Made by a program: the position numbers and the translations under genes. A DNA stretch of 32,000 nucleotides from Prochlorococcus sp. MIT 0801 (GTDB lineage: Bacteria; Cyanobacteriota; Cyanobacteriia; PCC-6307; Cyanobiaceae). The DNA lies in NCBI RefSeq assembly GCF_000757865.1, contig NZ_CP007754.1, positions 630,001 through 662,000 of the forward strand, read 5' to 3'. The notes beneath the pieces are model-generated. The model searched no databases, was not told the origin of the DNA, and worked only from the letters and a program-made list of their open reading frames with translations. This document shows positions 9,010 to 19,756 of this stretch, in pieces. Positions within the stretch are counted from its first letter, which is position 1. The number at the start of each line of letters is the position of its first letter.

Positions 9010-9903
9010 ATGACTTTAAAACCTTCTACTCCTGAAAATATCTCCAGAAGGGTTCTCCCTGGAGAAATTATTACCTCATGGGTTGCGGTTGGTGAATACG
9101 AAGATATTTTTTTTGATATTAGTTCTGAGGGAATTGCTCGCATTGCCATTAATCGTCCTGAAAAAAGAAATGCTTTTCGACCTCAAACAATTTCAGAGCT
9201 TTGTGATGCGTTTATCAGAGTAAGAGAAGATCCGAAAATTGGAGTGGTTTTATTTACAGGGGTTGGTCCGTCCAAGGATGGAAAATTCGCTTTTTGTTCT
9301 GGAGGAGATCAGGCTATTCGTGGAAGTGGAGGATACCTAGGAGATGATGGGATCCCTCGTTTAAATGTTCTTGATTTGCAGCGAATAATTCGGAGCCTTC
9401 CTAAAGTGGTGATTGCTCTTGTTCCAGGCTTCGCAATCGGGGGTGGGCACGTTTTACATTTAATTTGTGACTTGAGTTTGGCTGCGGAAAATGCAATTTT
9501 TGGTCAAACAGGACCTAGGGTTGGTAGTTTTGATGCAGGGTTCGGTTCAAGTTATTTGGCAAGAGTTGTAGGCCAAAAGAAAGCTAGGGAAATATGGTTC
9601 CTATGCAGGAAATATGGAGCGAAGGAAGCATTAGATATGGGTCTAATAAATACCATCTCTCCAATTAATTTGCTCGAGTCAGAGGGGGTTAAATGGGCTA
9701 GAGAAATTCTTCAAAACAGCCCAACGGCCATAAAATGTTTGAAGTTTTCTTTTAATGCTGATACTGATGGATTGGCAGGTATACAAGAGCTTGCTGGCCA
9801 GGCAACACATCTTTTTTATACGACTGATGAGTCAAAGGAGGGAAGAAATGCTTTCATGGAGAAAAGGGATCCTGATTTCTCCGAATCAAAATGGCTTCCA
9901 TGA
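9010..9903 (+). CDS. menB: 1,4-dihydroxy-2-naphthoyl-CoA synthase
   Basis: It has a crotonase fold with MenB-typical blocks [24 protein letters not shown] and [15 protein letters not shown]. Confidence 0.93.
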   Translation: MTLKPSTPENISRRVLPGEIITSWVAVGEYEDIFFDISSEGIARIAINRPEKRNAFRPQTISELCDAFIRVREDPKIGVVLFTGVGPSKDGKFAFCSGGDQAIRGSGGYLGDDGIPRLNVLDLQRIIRSLPKVVIALVPGFAIGGGHVLHLICDLSLAAENAIFGQTGPRVGSFDAGFGSSYLARVVGQKKAREIWFLCRKYGAKEALDMGLINTISPINLLESEGVKWAREILQNSPTAIKCLKFSFNADTDGLAGIQELAGQATHLFYTTDESKEGRNAFMEKRDPDFSESKWLP

Positions 9904-9912
9904 TTTTTATTT

Positions 9913-9942
9913 GGTTTATCCGAAAGATAAACCTTTCTGTTT
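9913..9942 (+). terminator. Putative Rho-independent terminator or attenuator between menB and glgA
   Basis: There is a perfect 8-bp stem, GGTTTATC (9913-9920) paired with GATAAACC (9926-9933). The loop is CGAAA and it is followed by TTTCTGTTT. Confidence 0.5.
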
Positions 9943-9952
9943 AATGAATTAA

Positions 9953-11407
9953 ATGCGAATACTTTTTGCTGCTGCTGAATGCGCTCCAATGATAAAAGTT
10001 GGAGGTATGGGTGATGTTGTTGGTTCATTACCTCCATCTCTTAAAAAACTTGGACATGATGTTCGATTAATAATTCCTGGATATGGAAAACTATGGACCT
10101 TGATGGATATTGCTCCTGAGCCAATTTTTCGAAGCAATACAATGGGAGTTGACTTTGCTGTTTTTGAAACAAGGCATCCCTCAAATGGGTTGCCAATTTA
10201 TTTAGTTGGACATCCATGTTTTGATTCTGAGCATATTTATGGAGGAGAAGATGAAGACTGGAGATTTACTTTTTTTGCCAGTGCAGTCTCTGAATTTGCA
10301 TGGAACTCATGGAAGCCACAAGTCCTCCATTGCCATGATTGGCACACTGGAATGATCCCAGTTTGGATGCATCAAGACCCCGAAATTAGCACTGTATTTA
10401 CTATTCATAATCTCAAGTATCAAGGCCCATGGAGATGGAAACTTGATCAAATAACTTGGTGCCCTTGGTACATGCATGGTGATCACACTATGGCGTCAGC
10501 AATGTTATATGCCGATAGAGTGAATGCAGTATCTCCTACCTATTCTAGAGAAATTCGAACATCTGAATATGGAGAAAAATTAGAGGGACTTTTAAATTAT
10601 ATTTCAGGGAAATTACGTGGAATATTAAATGGAGTTGATCTAGCTGAGTGGAATCCAGCAACGGATAATTCATTGCCAGCCAAATTTAGTGTAGACAATA
10701 TTTCTGGAAGAGCAATTAATAAAAGAGTGCTTCAAGAAAGAATGGGACTTGAAGTTAATCCAGATAAATATCTAATGGGTATGGTAAGTAGGCTTGTTGA
10801 TCAAAAAGGTATTGATCTTTTACTTCAAGTAGCTAATAGGCTTCTTTCTTATACTGACTCTCAAGTCGTTGTTCTTGGTACAGGAGATCGCTATTTAGAG
10901 TCATCTTTATGGCAACTTGCAATTGAGTACCCTGGTCGTTTTTCGGTTTTCCTTACTTATGATGACGCATTATCTAGACTCATTTATGGAGGAGCTGATG
11001 CATTCTTGATGCCTAGTCGCTTTGAACCATGTGGAATTAGTCAATTATTAGCTATGCGTTATGGCGCTATTCCTATTGTAAGAAAAGTAGGCGGTTTAGT
11101 TGATACAGTAGAGCCTTATAATCCTTTGAATGAAACAGGTTCCGGATTTTGTTTTGATCGTTATGAACCAATTGACTTTTATACAGCATTAGTTCGTTCT
11201 TGGGAGGCATATAGACATCAAAAAAGTTGGAATGAATTACAAGTAAGAGCAATGTCAAATAAATATAGTTGGGATAGATCCGCGAAGGAATATGAATTAA
11301 TGTATAAAGATGTTTGTGGCATTAAGGAGCCTTCTCCTGATGCTGCAGAGGTTGAAAAGTTTTCTTACGGCCAAGAAGCGGATCCTTCACGGAAAAGGAA
11401 AAAATAA
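9953..11407 (+). CDS. glgA: Glycogen synthase (ADP-glucose type)
   Basis: The N-terminus is [27 protein letters not shown] (KxGG motif). The C-terminal GT5/GT1 blocks are [12 protein letters not shown] and GGLVDTV. Confidence 0.94.
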   Translation: MRILFAAAECAPMIKVGGMGDVVGSLPPSLKKLGHDVRLIIPGYGKLWTLMDIAPEPIFRSNTMGVDFAVFETRHPSNGLPIYLVGHPCFDSEHIYGGEDEDWRFTFFASAVSEFAWNSWKPQVLHCHDWHTGMIPVWMHQDPEISTVFTIHNLKYQGPWRWKLDQITWCPWYMHGDHTMASAMLYADRVNAVSPTYSREIRTSEYGEKLEGLLNYISGKLRGILNGVDLAEWNPATDNSLPAKFSVDNISGRAINKRVLQERMGLEVNPDKYLMGMVSRLVDQKGIDLLLQVANRLLSYTDSQVVVLGTGDRYLESSLWQLAIEYPGRFSVFLTYDDALSRLIYGGADAFLMPSRFEPCGISQLLAMRYGAIPIVRKVGGLVDTVEPYNPLNETGSGFCFDRYEPIDFYTALVRSWEAYRHQKSWNELQVRAMSNKYSWDRSAKEYELMYKDVCGIKEPSPDAAEVEKFSYGQEADPSRKRKK

Positions 11408-11460
11408 AACTATAGGATTTTTGCGTATTTAGATTACTATGCTTCTGTTCAGATATTTGT

Positions 11461-12858
11461 ATGGATATTACTTTTAAGGACTTAATTAAGCTATGGGGGA
11501 AGCCATGTAGTCAAAAGGAAATAGACCTTGATTTACCTATTGGTCATATATCTACTGATACGAGGACGATTGAAAAGGGTGATTTCTTTGTCCCTTTAGT
11601 AGGCAATAACTTTGATGGCCATGATTACTTAAAAATCGCGTTTGATATTGGTATACAGGCAGCAATAGTTTCTGAACAATTTAATGGTTTGGTGCCAACT
11701 GACTTTACCTACTGGGTAGTTCCAGATACTCTATGCGCCTATCAACAGATCGCATTGCTTCATCGAAGAAATATGAATCTTCCTGTAGTTGCAGTTACAG
11801 GTTCTGTTGGAAAAACAACTACAAGAGAATTGATTCGGGCAGTATTGTCTCCTCTTGGTGAGATTGTTTCAAGTAGAGGGAATGAAAATAATGATGTCGG
11901 TGTTCCAAGAACCCTACTTAGAGGGTCTAAAACAGATGCTGCATTTGTTCTTGAAATGGGGATGCGAGGCTTTGGTCAAATTGAACGTCTCTCTCGAGTC
12001 GCTGAACCAGATATTGCGGTAATTACAAATGTGGGACAAGCTCATATTGGTATTCTTGGTAGTAGGGAAAATATTGCAATAGCTAAGTCGGAAATCACCT
12101 CGAACCTAAGATCTGATGGCGTTGTGATTATTCCCTTTGGTGACAACTTATTGGAAAAAGCTTTGTCAGAAAAATGGTCAGGACGTATTGTTCGAGTGGC
12201 GATAGAGGGCTTTTCACTGGATTGGTTAGGTTGTAATGATGATCATTTTGCTTCTCAAAATATTGAACCAGATTATATTTCTAAAATTGACATGCAAAAT
12301 AATTTCATTTTTTTTGATGGGAGTAAATATAAATTACCCCTTGAAGGAAGACATAATGCTATGAATTTTCTAATGGCATTGACCGTCGCAACAGAATTAG
12401 GACTATCAATAAAGAATCTTGATAAATTAAATATAGATATGCCTATGGGAAGAAATAGATTGGTTGAATGTGGAGAATATTTAGTTTTAGATGAGACTTA
12501 TAATGCATCTCCAGAATCTGTTATTGCATCTTTAGAGTTATTGGTAACCAAGCCTGGCAGACATTTTGCAGTTTTAGGTACGATGCTTGAGTTGGGTCCT
12601 GAAAGTATTTCACTTCATCAGAAAGTTCTTCAACATGCCGTTGACCTAGGTCTGTCTGGAATCGTTTTTGTGTCTTTTGGGGAAGAATATAATTTTATAA
12701 AAAAGATCATTAAGGACTTACCTAATCATGATGTAGTAAGAACACCAAGAGATGCTGCTGTAGCACTACTATCATGGCTTTCACCTGGAGATAATATTTT
12801 AATTAAAGGTAGTCGTAAGTTGGAATTGGAAACAATATTACCTTATTTACAGAAATAA
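11461..12858 (+). CDS. murF: UDP-N-acetylmuramoyl-tripeptide--D-alanyl-D-alanine ligase
   Basis: It has the Mur ligase P-loop TGSVGKTTT, plus DTRTIEKGDFFVPL, NVGQAHIG and DETYNASPES blocks. Confidence 0.92.
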   Translation: MDITFKDLIKLWGKPCSQKEIDLDLPIGHISTDTRTIEKGDFFVPLVGNNFDGHDYLKIAFDIGIQAAIVSEQFNGLVPTDFTYWVVPDTLCAYQQIALLHRRNMNLPVVAVTGSVGKTTTRELIRAVLSPLGEIVSSRGNENNDVGVPRTLLRGSKTDAAFVLEMGMRGFGQIERLSRVAEPDIAVITNVGQAHIGILGSRENIAIAKSEITSNLRSDGVVIIPFGDNLLEKALSEKWSGRIVRVAIEGFSLDWLGCNDDHFASQNIEPDYISKIDMQNNFIFFDGSKYKLPLEGRHNAMNFLMALTVATELGLSIKNLDKLNIDMPMGRNRLVECGEYLVLDETYNASPESVIASLELLVTKPGRHFAVLGTMLELGPESISLHQKVLQHAVDLGLSGIVFVSFGEEYNFIKKIIKDLPNHDVVRTPRDAAVALLSWLSPGDNILIKGSRKLELETILPYLQK

Positions 12859-12871
12859 CTCCTTATTGTAG

Positions 12872-14212
12872 TTAATCAGTCTTAGTTCTAATAATTGCTT
12901 TTGATCTTTCAACTACTAAGCTTTTATCGGGAATATCTTTACTTATTGTTGAGCCTGCACCAATAGTTACGTGTGATCCAATCTTGATGGGTGCAACTAG
13001 GACTGAATTGGCACCGGTTTTTGAATAATCATCAATAATTGTTCTATGCTTATTCTTGCCATCGAAATTAGCTGTAATAGTTCCTGCTCCAATATTAATA
13101 TATTTTCCTAGCGCTGAATCACCTACATAGCTTAAATGATTAATCTTCGTTCCTTCACCAATAAAACTTTTTTTTATTTCTACAAAGTTCCCTATTTTAG
13201 AATTCTTGCTTATGTTTGATTCCGGCCTTATGTGAGCGAATGGACCAATTGATGTATTTTTTTCAATCGTTGCTTCATTGATGAATGAATGACTAGCTAA
13301 TACATTTTCCGCAAGTGTTGAATTTGTTATGACACTACCTGGTCCTAAATGACATCCATTGCCAATATTGCATTTGCCACGTACATGGGTTTGTGGCTCA
13401 ATAATTACGTCTATACCAAAGGTAGAATCTTCACTTAGGGAACAACTAATAGGATCAACAAATGAAACTCCCTTGCTCATCCATAAGGATTTAAGCTTTT
13501 CTTGGATGTAATGTTCGCATTCAGATAGTTGAAACCTATCATTAATGCCCTTAATCTCAAATGGATTATCCACCTCAAAATGGACTGCTTTTTTGAGTAA
13601 ACTTATAGTATCTGTTAAGTAAATTTCATTTTGACTGTTTTGGTTAGATAATGAGTCTAAAACATCTGATAATTGTTGCCAATCAAAGCAATATATACCT
13701 GCATTTATTAATTTAGTTTTTCGTTGTTCATTAGTGCAATCTCTCTCTTCGATGATTTCTTTTACTAGTCCCGACTCATCTGTGAATACTCGCCCATATC
13801 CTGTTGGAATGTCTAAACTTGCAGATAAAAAAGTTACACTCGCGTTGGATTCTTTGTGAAACTTTAAAAGTGATTTTAGAGTTTCCTCTCTTATCAGTGG
13901 TACATCCCCATTTAAGACTAAAAGTTCTCCATTAAACCCTTTTAACTTTTGACTTAATTGCTGGATCGCATGACCTGTTCCATTTTGTGGGTGCTGAAGA
14001 ACAAAATCTAAGTCTTGATGATTCTTTAGAGAATCCTCCACTAAATTAGATTGATGTCCTACAACTATTAATCTACGGTTTGGCTTAAGCTCATGAGTAC
14101 AGGATAAAACCCTATCAATAAGTGATTTTCCTGCTAAATGGTGAAGGACCTTAGGCAGCTTACTTTTCATTCGCGTACCTTTTCCAGCCGCTAAAATTGC
14201 GATGGCAAGCAT
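12872..14212 (-). CDS. glmU: Bifunctional GlcNAc-1-P uridyltransferase / GlcN-1-P acetyltransferase
   Basis: The N-terminus is ILAAGKGTRMKS (nucleotidyltransferase motif). The C-terminus carries left-handed beta-helix hexapeptide repeats (IGNFVEIK, IGAGTITANFDG). Confidence 0.93.
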   Translation of the reverse strand: MLAIAILAAGKGTRMKSKLPKVLHHLAGKSLIDRVLSCTHELKPNRRLIVVGHQSNLVEDSLKNHQDLDFVLQHPQNGTGHAIQQLSQKLKGFNGELLVLNGDVPLIREETLKSLLKFHKESNASVTFLSASLDIPTGYGRVFTDESGLVKEIIEERDCTNEQRKTKLINAGIYCFDWQQLSDVLDSLSNQNSQNEIYLTDTISLLKKAVHFEVDNPFEIKGINDRFQLSECEHYIQEKLKSLWMSKGVSFVDPISCSLSEDSTFGIDVIIEPQTHVRGKCNIGNGCHLGPGSVITNSTLAENVLASHSFINEATIEKNTSIGPFAHIRPESNISKNSKIGNFVEIKKSFIGEGTKINHLSYVGDSALGKYINIGAGTITANFDGKNKHRTIIDDYSKTGANSVLVAPIKIGSHVTIGAGSTISKDIPDKSLVVERSKAIIRTKTD

Positions 14213-14241
14213 TAGAGTATTTTTTTAGAAATCTAATTGCT

Positions 14242-15144
14242 TTATTGCTTTCGCGCAGTATCCCATCGTTTTCTCCATAATGAAGTGTTTATTAATTGAC
14301 TCTTAGATTGCTCTATTTCTCTCGTTGAAATAATTTCTTTAGAGTTCCCTCTCCCTGTTGGATCTCTATAAGGAATTGATGAACGAGTAGCAAGGTGTTC
14401 TATTTCTTTGATGCTTAGCTCTTTAATCTGACAATTTTTTACAATCAATTGATGTTCAATTTTATTTTTCACAGCAACTGTCCCTGAACTCCATTTCCTT
14501 TGTTCATCGGTTGATGGAACTATTGAATAGATGCTTAAACCAGCTCTTTTGAAACTCGCTCTAATTGAGGCAGCAGTTGAATATGTAATCAAGCGGCCCT
14601 CGGTAGATAGCCTTTCGGTTAATAATGAGATGAACTCCTCACTCCATAGCTCGGGACACTTTTGTGGAGAAAAAGGATCAAGAAGAATTAAATCAAACCT
14701 TAGAGATTCTTGTATTTCGAATATTTTTTGTCTGGCATCCCCCCAATGAATAGTTCCTTCGTTAAAACCTTCAGACCATTTCCCTGATTTGTTTAGGCAA
14801 TTAAAAAAATGCAAAACTTTTGGAGACCAAATTTCCTTAAATATCTTTTCATTGAGACCTATATTTAGTGGCTTTTTGTCAATCTCAAGCCCATGCCATT
14901 CGATTTTTATATTGCTTTGAAGTAACTTTTCGAGAATACATCCAGTGTTGTACCCTAATCCCATACAAACATCTAAAACAACAATTTTTTCAGCGTTAGA
15001 AAATTGTTCTAATTCAGAGGGTAATAGATATTTACTGATTGATTCTCTGAGTGCTCCATCCTTGTCATGAAATCCTTCTGCATAGCTCAAGCTATAAAGA
15101 CTTAAACTCCCATCTTTTGTCGTGTGTTTTTTATAGGCATCCAA
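14242..15144 (-). CDS. MnmC-like SAM-dependent methyltransferase domain protein (DUF752-type), with no FAD oxidoreductase domain
   Basis: TKDGSLSLYS...AEGFHDKDGALRES, the Gly-rich LDVCMGLGYNTG and LLDPFSPQKCPELWSEEF match the methyltransferase half of MnmC. The start is TTG at 15144. The C-terminal ~70 aa have no fold I recognise. Confidence 0.75.
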   Translation of the reverse strand: MDAYKKHTTKDGSLSLYSLSYAEGFHDKDGALRESISKYLLPSELEQFSNAEKIVVLDVCMGLGYNTGCILEKLLQSNIKIEWHGLEIDKKPLNIGLNEKIFKEIWSPKVLHFFNCLNKSGKWSEGFNEGTIHWGDARQKIFEIQESLRFDLILLDPFSPQKCPELWSEEFISLLTERLSTEGRLITYSTAASIRASFKRAGLSIYSIVPSTDEQRKWSSGTVAVKNKIEHQLIVKNCQIKELSIKEIEHLATRSSIPYRDPTGRGNSKEIISTREIEQSKSQLINTSLWRKRWDTARKQ

Positions 15145-15156
15145 TTCTAAGAAAAG

Positions 15157-16500
15157 CTAATTCTTTTGTTGAAGTCTCTTAAGATCACTCCAAAAATCAG
15201 GATATGAAATTGCTGCAGCCTCACTACGTCGTAATGTCGAATTAGAAGTAGCCATTATTGATGCAATAGCTAAACTCATGGCTATACGATGATCATCTTC
15301 GCTATCAATCTCGCATCCTTCTAAACTATTTCCGCCATAGACAGTTAGACCATCTTGATGCTCATCTACTTTGGCTCCCATTTTTTTTAATTGCCTGGCC
15401 ATTACAGCTAATCGATCGGTTTCTTTAACTCTCAATTCACTTGCCCCTTTTATTTGGCTGATACCATTACAGAAACATGCTCCTACGGATAAAATAGGTA
15501 TCTCGTCTACAAGCCGAGGCATTATCTCACCATCAATTTTAAATGGTTTTAAGTTTTCTTTGTAGAAAACTTCAATATCTCCGACAGGTTCACCGGCTAC
15601 CTCTCTTTTGTTTATCACGTTGATATTTGCTTCCATTGCTTCTAATACGTCAAGTATTCCAGTTCTTGTTGGATTTAGACCAACATTTTCTACAACTAAT
15701 GCTGATCCGGGTATGATGCTACCTGCAATGAGCCAAAATGCAGCGGAACTAATATCACCGGGAACAATAATTGATTGACCTTTTAGATCTTTACCTGGGG
15801 AAACAGTTATATGTCTACCCATTTCACCACCAATTTTTATATTAGCTCCGAAGGCTTTTAACATTCTCTCGCTATGATCTCTTGATCTTGCGGGTTCGAT
15901 AACCGTCGTTGAGCCTTCTGCATTAAGAGCAGCTAGTAAAATTGCAGATTTTATTTGAGCACTTGCTACTGGAGTACCAATTACGGCACCCCTTAATTTG
16001 TTCCCGATAATCGAGAGAGGAGCAAATTCTCCACCTTGTCTCCCAGAAACTTTAGCCCCCATCATTTTTAACGGTTGCCCTACTCTTCTCATTGGCCTGC
16101 TTCGAAGTGATTTATCTCCTGTAAGGATGAAATGATGGTCTTTTTGACCAGCTAATAACCCCATTATTAATCTCATAGTTGTTCCTGAATTTCCGCAATT
16201 CAAAATATCTTGAGGCTCATGGAGACCATCTAATCCAACACCATCAATTTCAACGATGTTCCCTTTTTTTATAGGACTAATCTTTACGCCCATTGACCTC
16301 AGGCATTCAGCAGTGCTTAATGGATCTTCAGCAGGTAATAGACCTTTGATTATTGTTTTCCCTTTAGCTATAGCCCCAAACAATAGTGCTCGGTGTGAGA
16401 TTGATTTATCTCCAGGTACTTTCACTTTCCCACAGAGCTCCCCGCCTTTTTGAAGGTCTCTTAAAGACAGATCTTTAGTGTGGACTTTCAATGAAAACAA
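15157..16500 (-). CDS. aroA: 3-phosphoshikimate 1-carboxyvinyltransferase (EPSP synthase)
   Basis: The blocks are [32 protein letters not shown] and DDHRIAMS. The start is TTG, with no in-frame ATG upstream of the conserved N-terminus. Confidence 0.93.
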   Translation of the reverse strand: MFSLKVHTKDLSLRDLQKGGELCGKVKVPGDKSISHRALLFGAIAKGKTIIKGLLPAEDPLSTAECLRSMGVKISPIKKGNIVEIDGVGLDGLHEPQDILNCGNSGTTMRLIMGLLAGQKDHHFILTGDKSLRSRPMRRVGQPLKMMGAKVSGRQGGEFAPLSIIGNKLRGAVIGTPVASAQIKSAILLAALNAEGSTTVIEPARSRDHSERMLKAFGANIKIGGEMGRHITVSPGKDLKGQSIIVPGDISSAAFWLIAGSIIPGSALVVENVGLNPTRTGILDVLEAMEANINVINKREVAGEPVGDIEVFYKENLKPFKIDGEIMPRLVDEIPILSVGACFCNGISQIKGASELRVKETDRLAVMARQLKKMGAKVDEHQDGLTVYGGNSLEGCEIDSEDDHRIAMSLAIASIMATSNSTLRRSEAAAISYPDFWSDLKRLQQKN

Positions 16501-16543
16501 ATATTTTTTTATATTTTATTTATCGATAAGCTTAATTTATGAT

Positions 16544-18109
16544 TTATGAATTGTTTGTTTGTTTTTGACGCATTATTTCATCGATAACATACCCAAATAA
16601 TTCTGGGTTTGGTTGATTGTTTTCCAGCTCAGACAATCCTAACTCTGCCCATCTCTCATCGACTTTGTCTTCAAGTTCTTTTGGTCTTGTCAGTGGCTTT
16701 CCCCAATCATGATTTTTCTCTGGACCAATTTTTGTTGTTGCATCAATAGCTAATCTCCCTCCTAACCCTATATTTTCACTAGCGAAGTCTAAGGTATCAA
16801 AAGGAGTATTCTCTAAAATAAATAGATCTCTTTGAGGGTCAACTTGGCTGGATAAGACCCAAACCACTTGTCTTGGATCTCTTACGTTGATAGTGGAGTC
16901 GACGACGACGACAAATTTTGTATAAGTAAATTGGGGCAAAGCACTCCAAAATGCCATCGCAGCTCTTTTAGCTTGGCCTGGATATGCTTTGTCTATTGAT
17001 ATAACCGCTAACTTGTAACTTAAGGCCTCCATAGGAAGGAAAAAATCAATAATTTCAGGTATTTGTTGTTTAAGTATTGGTGTATAAATTCGATTTAATG
17101 CTATGGCCAGCATTGCTTCTTCTTTTGGAGGTCTACCACTAAAAGTTGTTAAGAATATTGGTTTTTTCCTTTGAGTCATACATTGGAATCTAATTAAAGG
17201 GGAGGACTCAGCACCCCCATAGAACCCCATGTGATCTCCAAAAGGACCATCCATCATCTCTTCTCCAGGAGATATAGACCCTTCAAGAACAATTTCACTA
17301 TGACTGGGTACCTGAAGATCAAGAGTTTTGCATTTTGTTAATCGAACACCTTCACCTGCATACAAACCTGCAAAAAGCCACTCACTTAGCTGCACTGGAA
17401 TAGGAGTTGCTGCCGCCATGACAAGAAGTGGATGAACGCCAATAGCAACAGCTACTTCTAATTTCTTATTCATTGCAGCTGCTTTACGAAGATGCCCAGC
17501 GCCTCCTCTAACACTTAACCAATGGACTGTCATGCTCTTTGCAGATTGTCTTTGGAGTCTATAAACACCAACATTTGGTACGCCTGTTTCAGGATCTTTC
17601 GTTATTACGAGACCTAAAGTTATGGCACCTCCAGCATCCTCTGGCCAGGGACGCAAAAGTGGTAAATGATTTAGATCCAATTCTTTTTCACCAATTACTT
17701 GCTGATGGCATGGTGGCAATAGATCAATATCTGGACGTGCTTTAAGTAGATCCCATGCAACTGAAGCAAAAGCTTTGGTTTCTTTAAATCCTTTCGGAGG
17801 CCGTGGTTGCTGCAGAAGAGCTAATTTCTTACCTAAATCTTCCAATTCTTCTTGCCTCTCTAAACCCATACTCCAAACCACACGTTCCATTGTCCCCAGT
17901 AAATTCACTGCAACAGGTATTGATGATCCTCTTACATTCTCAAAAAGTAGAGCAGGACCTCCCATTCCAAGGACACGGTCGCTTATGGCCGCAATTTCTA
18001 AGTCACTATCAACTTGACTGCTTATTCTCTTAAGTTGTCCTTTCTTTTCTAGAAGAGTAAGAAAATCTCTAATGTCCCGTGTAAGAGGTTCTTGACGAAA
18101 TAATTTCAT
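16544..18109 (-). CDS. ubiD: UbiD-family (prenylated-FMN dependent) aromatic decarboxylase, a plastoquinone-pathway candidate
   Basis: The ORF track extends to a GTG at 18121. The first ATG is at 18109 (MKLFRQEPLTRDIRDFL...). The UbiD-like N-terminus is DIRDFLTLLEKKGQLKRI. Size and overall pattern fit the family. Confidence 0.88.
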   Translation of the reverse strand: MKLFRQEPLTRDIRDFLTLLEKKGQLKRISSQVDSDLEIAAISDRVLGMGGPALLFENVRGSSIPVAVNLLGTMERVVWSMGLERQEELEDLGKKLALLQQPRPPKGFKETKAFASVAWDLLKARPDIDLLPPCHQQVIGEKELDLNHLPLLRPWPEDAGGAITLGLVITKDPETGVPNVGVYRLQRQSAKSMTVHWLSVRGGAGHLRKAAAMNKKLEVAVAIGVHPLLVMAAATPIPVQLSEWLFAGLYAGEGVRLTKCKTLDLQVPSHSEIVLEGSISPGEEMMDGPFGDHMGFYGGAESSPLIRFQCMTQRKKPIFLTTFSGRPPKEEAMLAIALNRIYTPILKQQIPEIIDFFLPMEALSYKLAVISIDKAYPGQAKRAAMAFWSALPQFTYTKFVVVVDSTINVRDPRQVVWVLSSQVDPQRDLFILENTPFDTLDFASENIGLGGRLAIDATTKIGPEKNHDWGKPLTRPKELEDKVDERWAELGLSELENNQPNPELFGYVIDEIMRQKQTNNS

Positions 18110-18167
18110 GAAGGTCTGCACGATTAACCTATTTATCTAGTTACTGTGACGCAAGTTATCAGCCTTT

Positions 18168-18902
18168 GTGGAAATGAAACTTTCTTATTTTTATGCGGCG
18201 GCAGATGTGCCTGATGGGATTATTCCTGAATCTTCAGTCGTGATTGATGTTTTGAGAGCTACAACAACTATTGCCTGGGCTCTTGAAAATGGAGCTGATT
18301 CAGTGCAGGTGTTTGCAGATGTTGATGAACTTAAAAATCAGGCAAATGCTTTTGACTCTAAAGAAAAAATACTTGTTGGAGAGAGAGGAGGAAAAAAATT
18401 AGATGGATTTGACTTGGGAAATTCTCCATTAGGAGTCTCAACTGAGAGAGTAAAAGGAAAAAGAGTTTTTATGAGTACTACCAATGGAACAAGGTCACTA
18501 CATCGTGTCAGAGAATCCAAAAGTTTGTACACAATGGCACTCCCAAACAGAAAAGCTATTGCTGAAAGATTGAAAAGTGATAATCCAAAAGAGGTTTGGA
18601 TTGTTGGTAGTGGGTGGGAGGGTTCCTATTCTTTAGAGGATTCTTTAGCCGCTGGGGCTTTAGCCTCTCTTTTAATGGATCAATTAGAATCTGTTCAGAT
18701 ATTAAATGATGAATTGATGGCCTCCATAGCACTATGGAAAAATTGGGAGAATGATGTTGAAGGATGTTTACGTATTGCAAGTCATGGACAAAGACTTGCA
18801 GGAATAGGAAATCATGATGATGATTTTGCTTGTTGCGCTTCTTTGGACAACCTATCTGTTATTCCTAAACAGATTGAGATGGGCGTACTTCGCTCAAACT
18901 AA
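18168..18902 (+). CDS. comB: 2-phosphosulfolactate phosphatase family protein (ComB-like)
   Basis: [19 protein letters not shown] and [16 protein letters not shown] match the ComB family. The start is GTG at 18168, with an alternative ATG at 18174. Confidence 0.85.
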   Translation: MEMKLSYFYAAADVPDGIIPESSVVIDVLRATTTIAWALENGADSVQVFADVDELKNQANAFDSKEKILVGERGGKKLDGFDLGNSPLGVSTERVKGKRVFMSTTNGTRSLHRVRESKSLYTMALPNRKAIAERLKSDNPKEVWIVGSGWEGSYSLEDSLAAGALASLLMDQLESVQILNDELMASIALWKNWENDVEGCLRIASHGQRLAGIGNHDDDFACCASLDNLSVIPKQIEMGVLRSN

Positions 18903-18931
18903 CTTTATAAATTTTTTTCTTTTTTAACTCA

Positions 18932-19756
18932 GTGTCAGATTTTTTGGCTGCGGCCTTACAGTTAACAAGTACCTCAGACATAGACGCAAATCTCAATGCT
19001 GCTGAAGAACAAATTGAGCTAGCGTCAAGGCGTGGAGCTGACCTCGTTGGACTTCCTGAAAACTTTGCATTTTTGGGTGAAGATCAGAAAAAATTAAAAA
19101 TTGCATCTTCAATATGTGAAAAATGCAATAGTTTTTTAGTAACAATGGCAAGGAGATATCAAGTGGTTTTGCTTGGAGGTGGTTTCCCTGTTCCAGCTGG
19201 CGATGGAATCAGAACTTTAAATAGAGCGGAGTTGTTTGGTAAAGACGGTCAATCTCTAGCAAGATATGACAAAATCCACCTTTTTGACGTTGATCTACCT
19301 GAAGGTAATACCTACAGAGAATCTGAAACAATTGTTTCAGGAAGCGAATCTCCTCCTGTTGTTGATGTGCCAGGTCTTTGCAAAATTGGATTATCGATAT
19401 GTTATGACGTGCGATTCCCTGAACTTTATCGGGATTTGGTAAATAAAGGCGCAGATTTATTAATGATTCCAGCAGCTTTTACTGCTTTTACTGGAAAGGA
19501 TCATTGGCAAGTCTTATTGCAAGCTAGAGCTATTGAAAACACAGCTTATGTTGTGGCACCGGCGCAAACTGGCCGTCACTATGGCAGAAGACAAAGCCAT
19601 GGACATGCGATGGTCATTGATCCATGGGGGATAGTTTTAGCAGATGCAGGAGTTGTTCAAGGAGCCGCAATAGCTCCTGCTGATAAAAAAAGAGTTGAGA
19701 GAATTAGAGGACAAATGCCCAGCTTGAAACATCGAAAAACAGAGCTTTTTATTTGA
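18932..19756 (+). CDS. Carbon-nitrogen hydrolase (nitrilase superfamily, Nit-like)
   Basis: The catalytic E-K-C triad contexts are GLPENF, YDKIHLFD and GLSICYDVRFPE. The start is GTG. Confidence 0.9.
   Translation: MSDFLAAALQLTSTSDIDANLNAAEEQIELASRRGADLVGLPENFAFLGEDQKKLKIASSICEKCNSFLVTMARRYQVVLLGGGFPVPAGDGIRTLNRAELFGKDGQSLARYDKIHLFDVDLPEGNTYRESETIVSGSESPPVVDVPGLCKIGLSICYDVRFPELYRDLVNKGADLLMIPAAFTAFTGKDHWQVLLQARAIENTAYVVAPAQTGRHYGRRQSHGHAMVIDPWGIVLADAGVVQGAAIAPADKKRVERIRGQMPSLKHRKTELFI

Noticed and set aside
14634-14642. ACTCCTCAC, resembling the conserved Yfr1 sRNA core motif
   Set aside because: It lies inside the mnmC-like coding region on the antisense strand. The match is incomplete and it lacks the flanking stem-loops.
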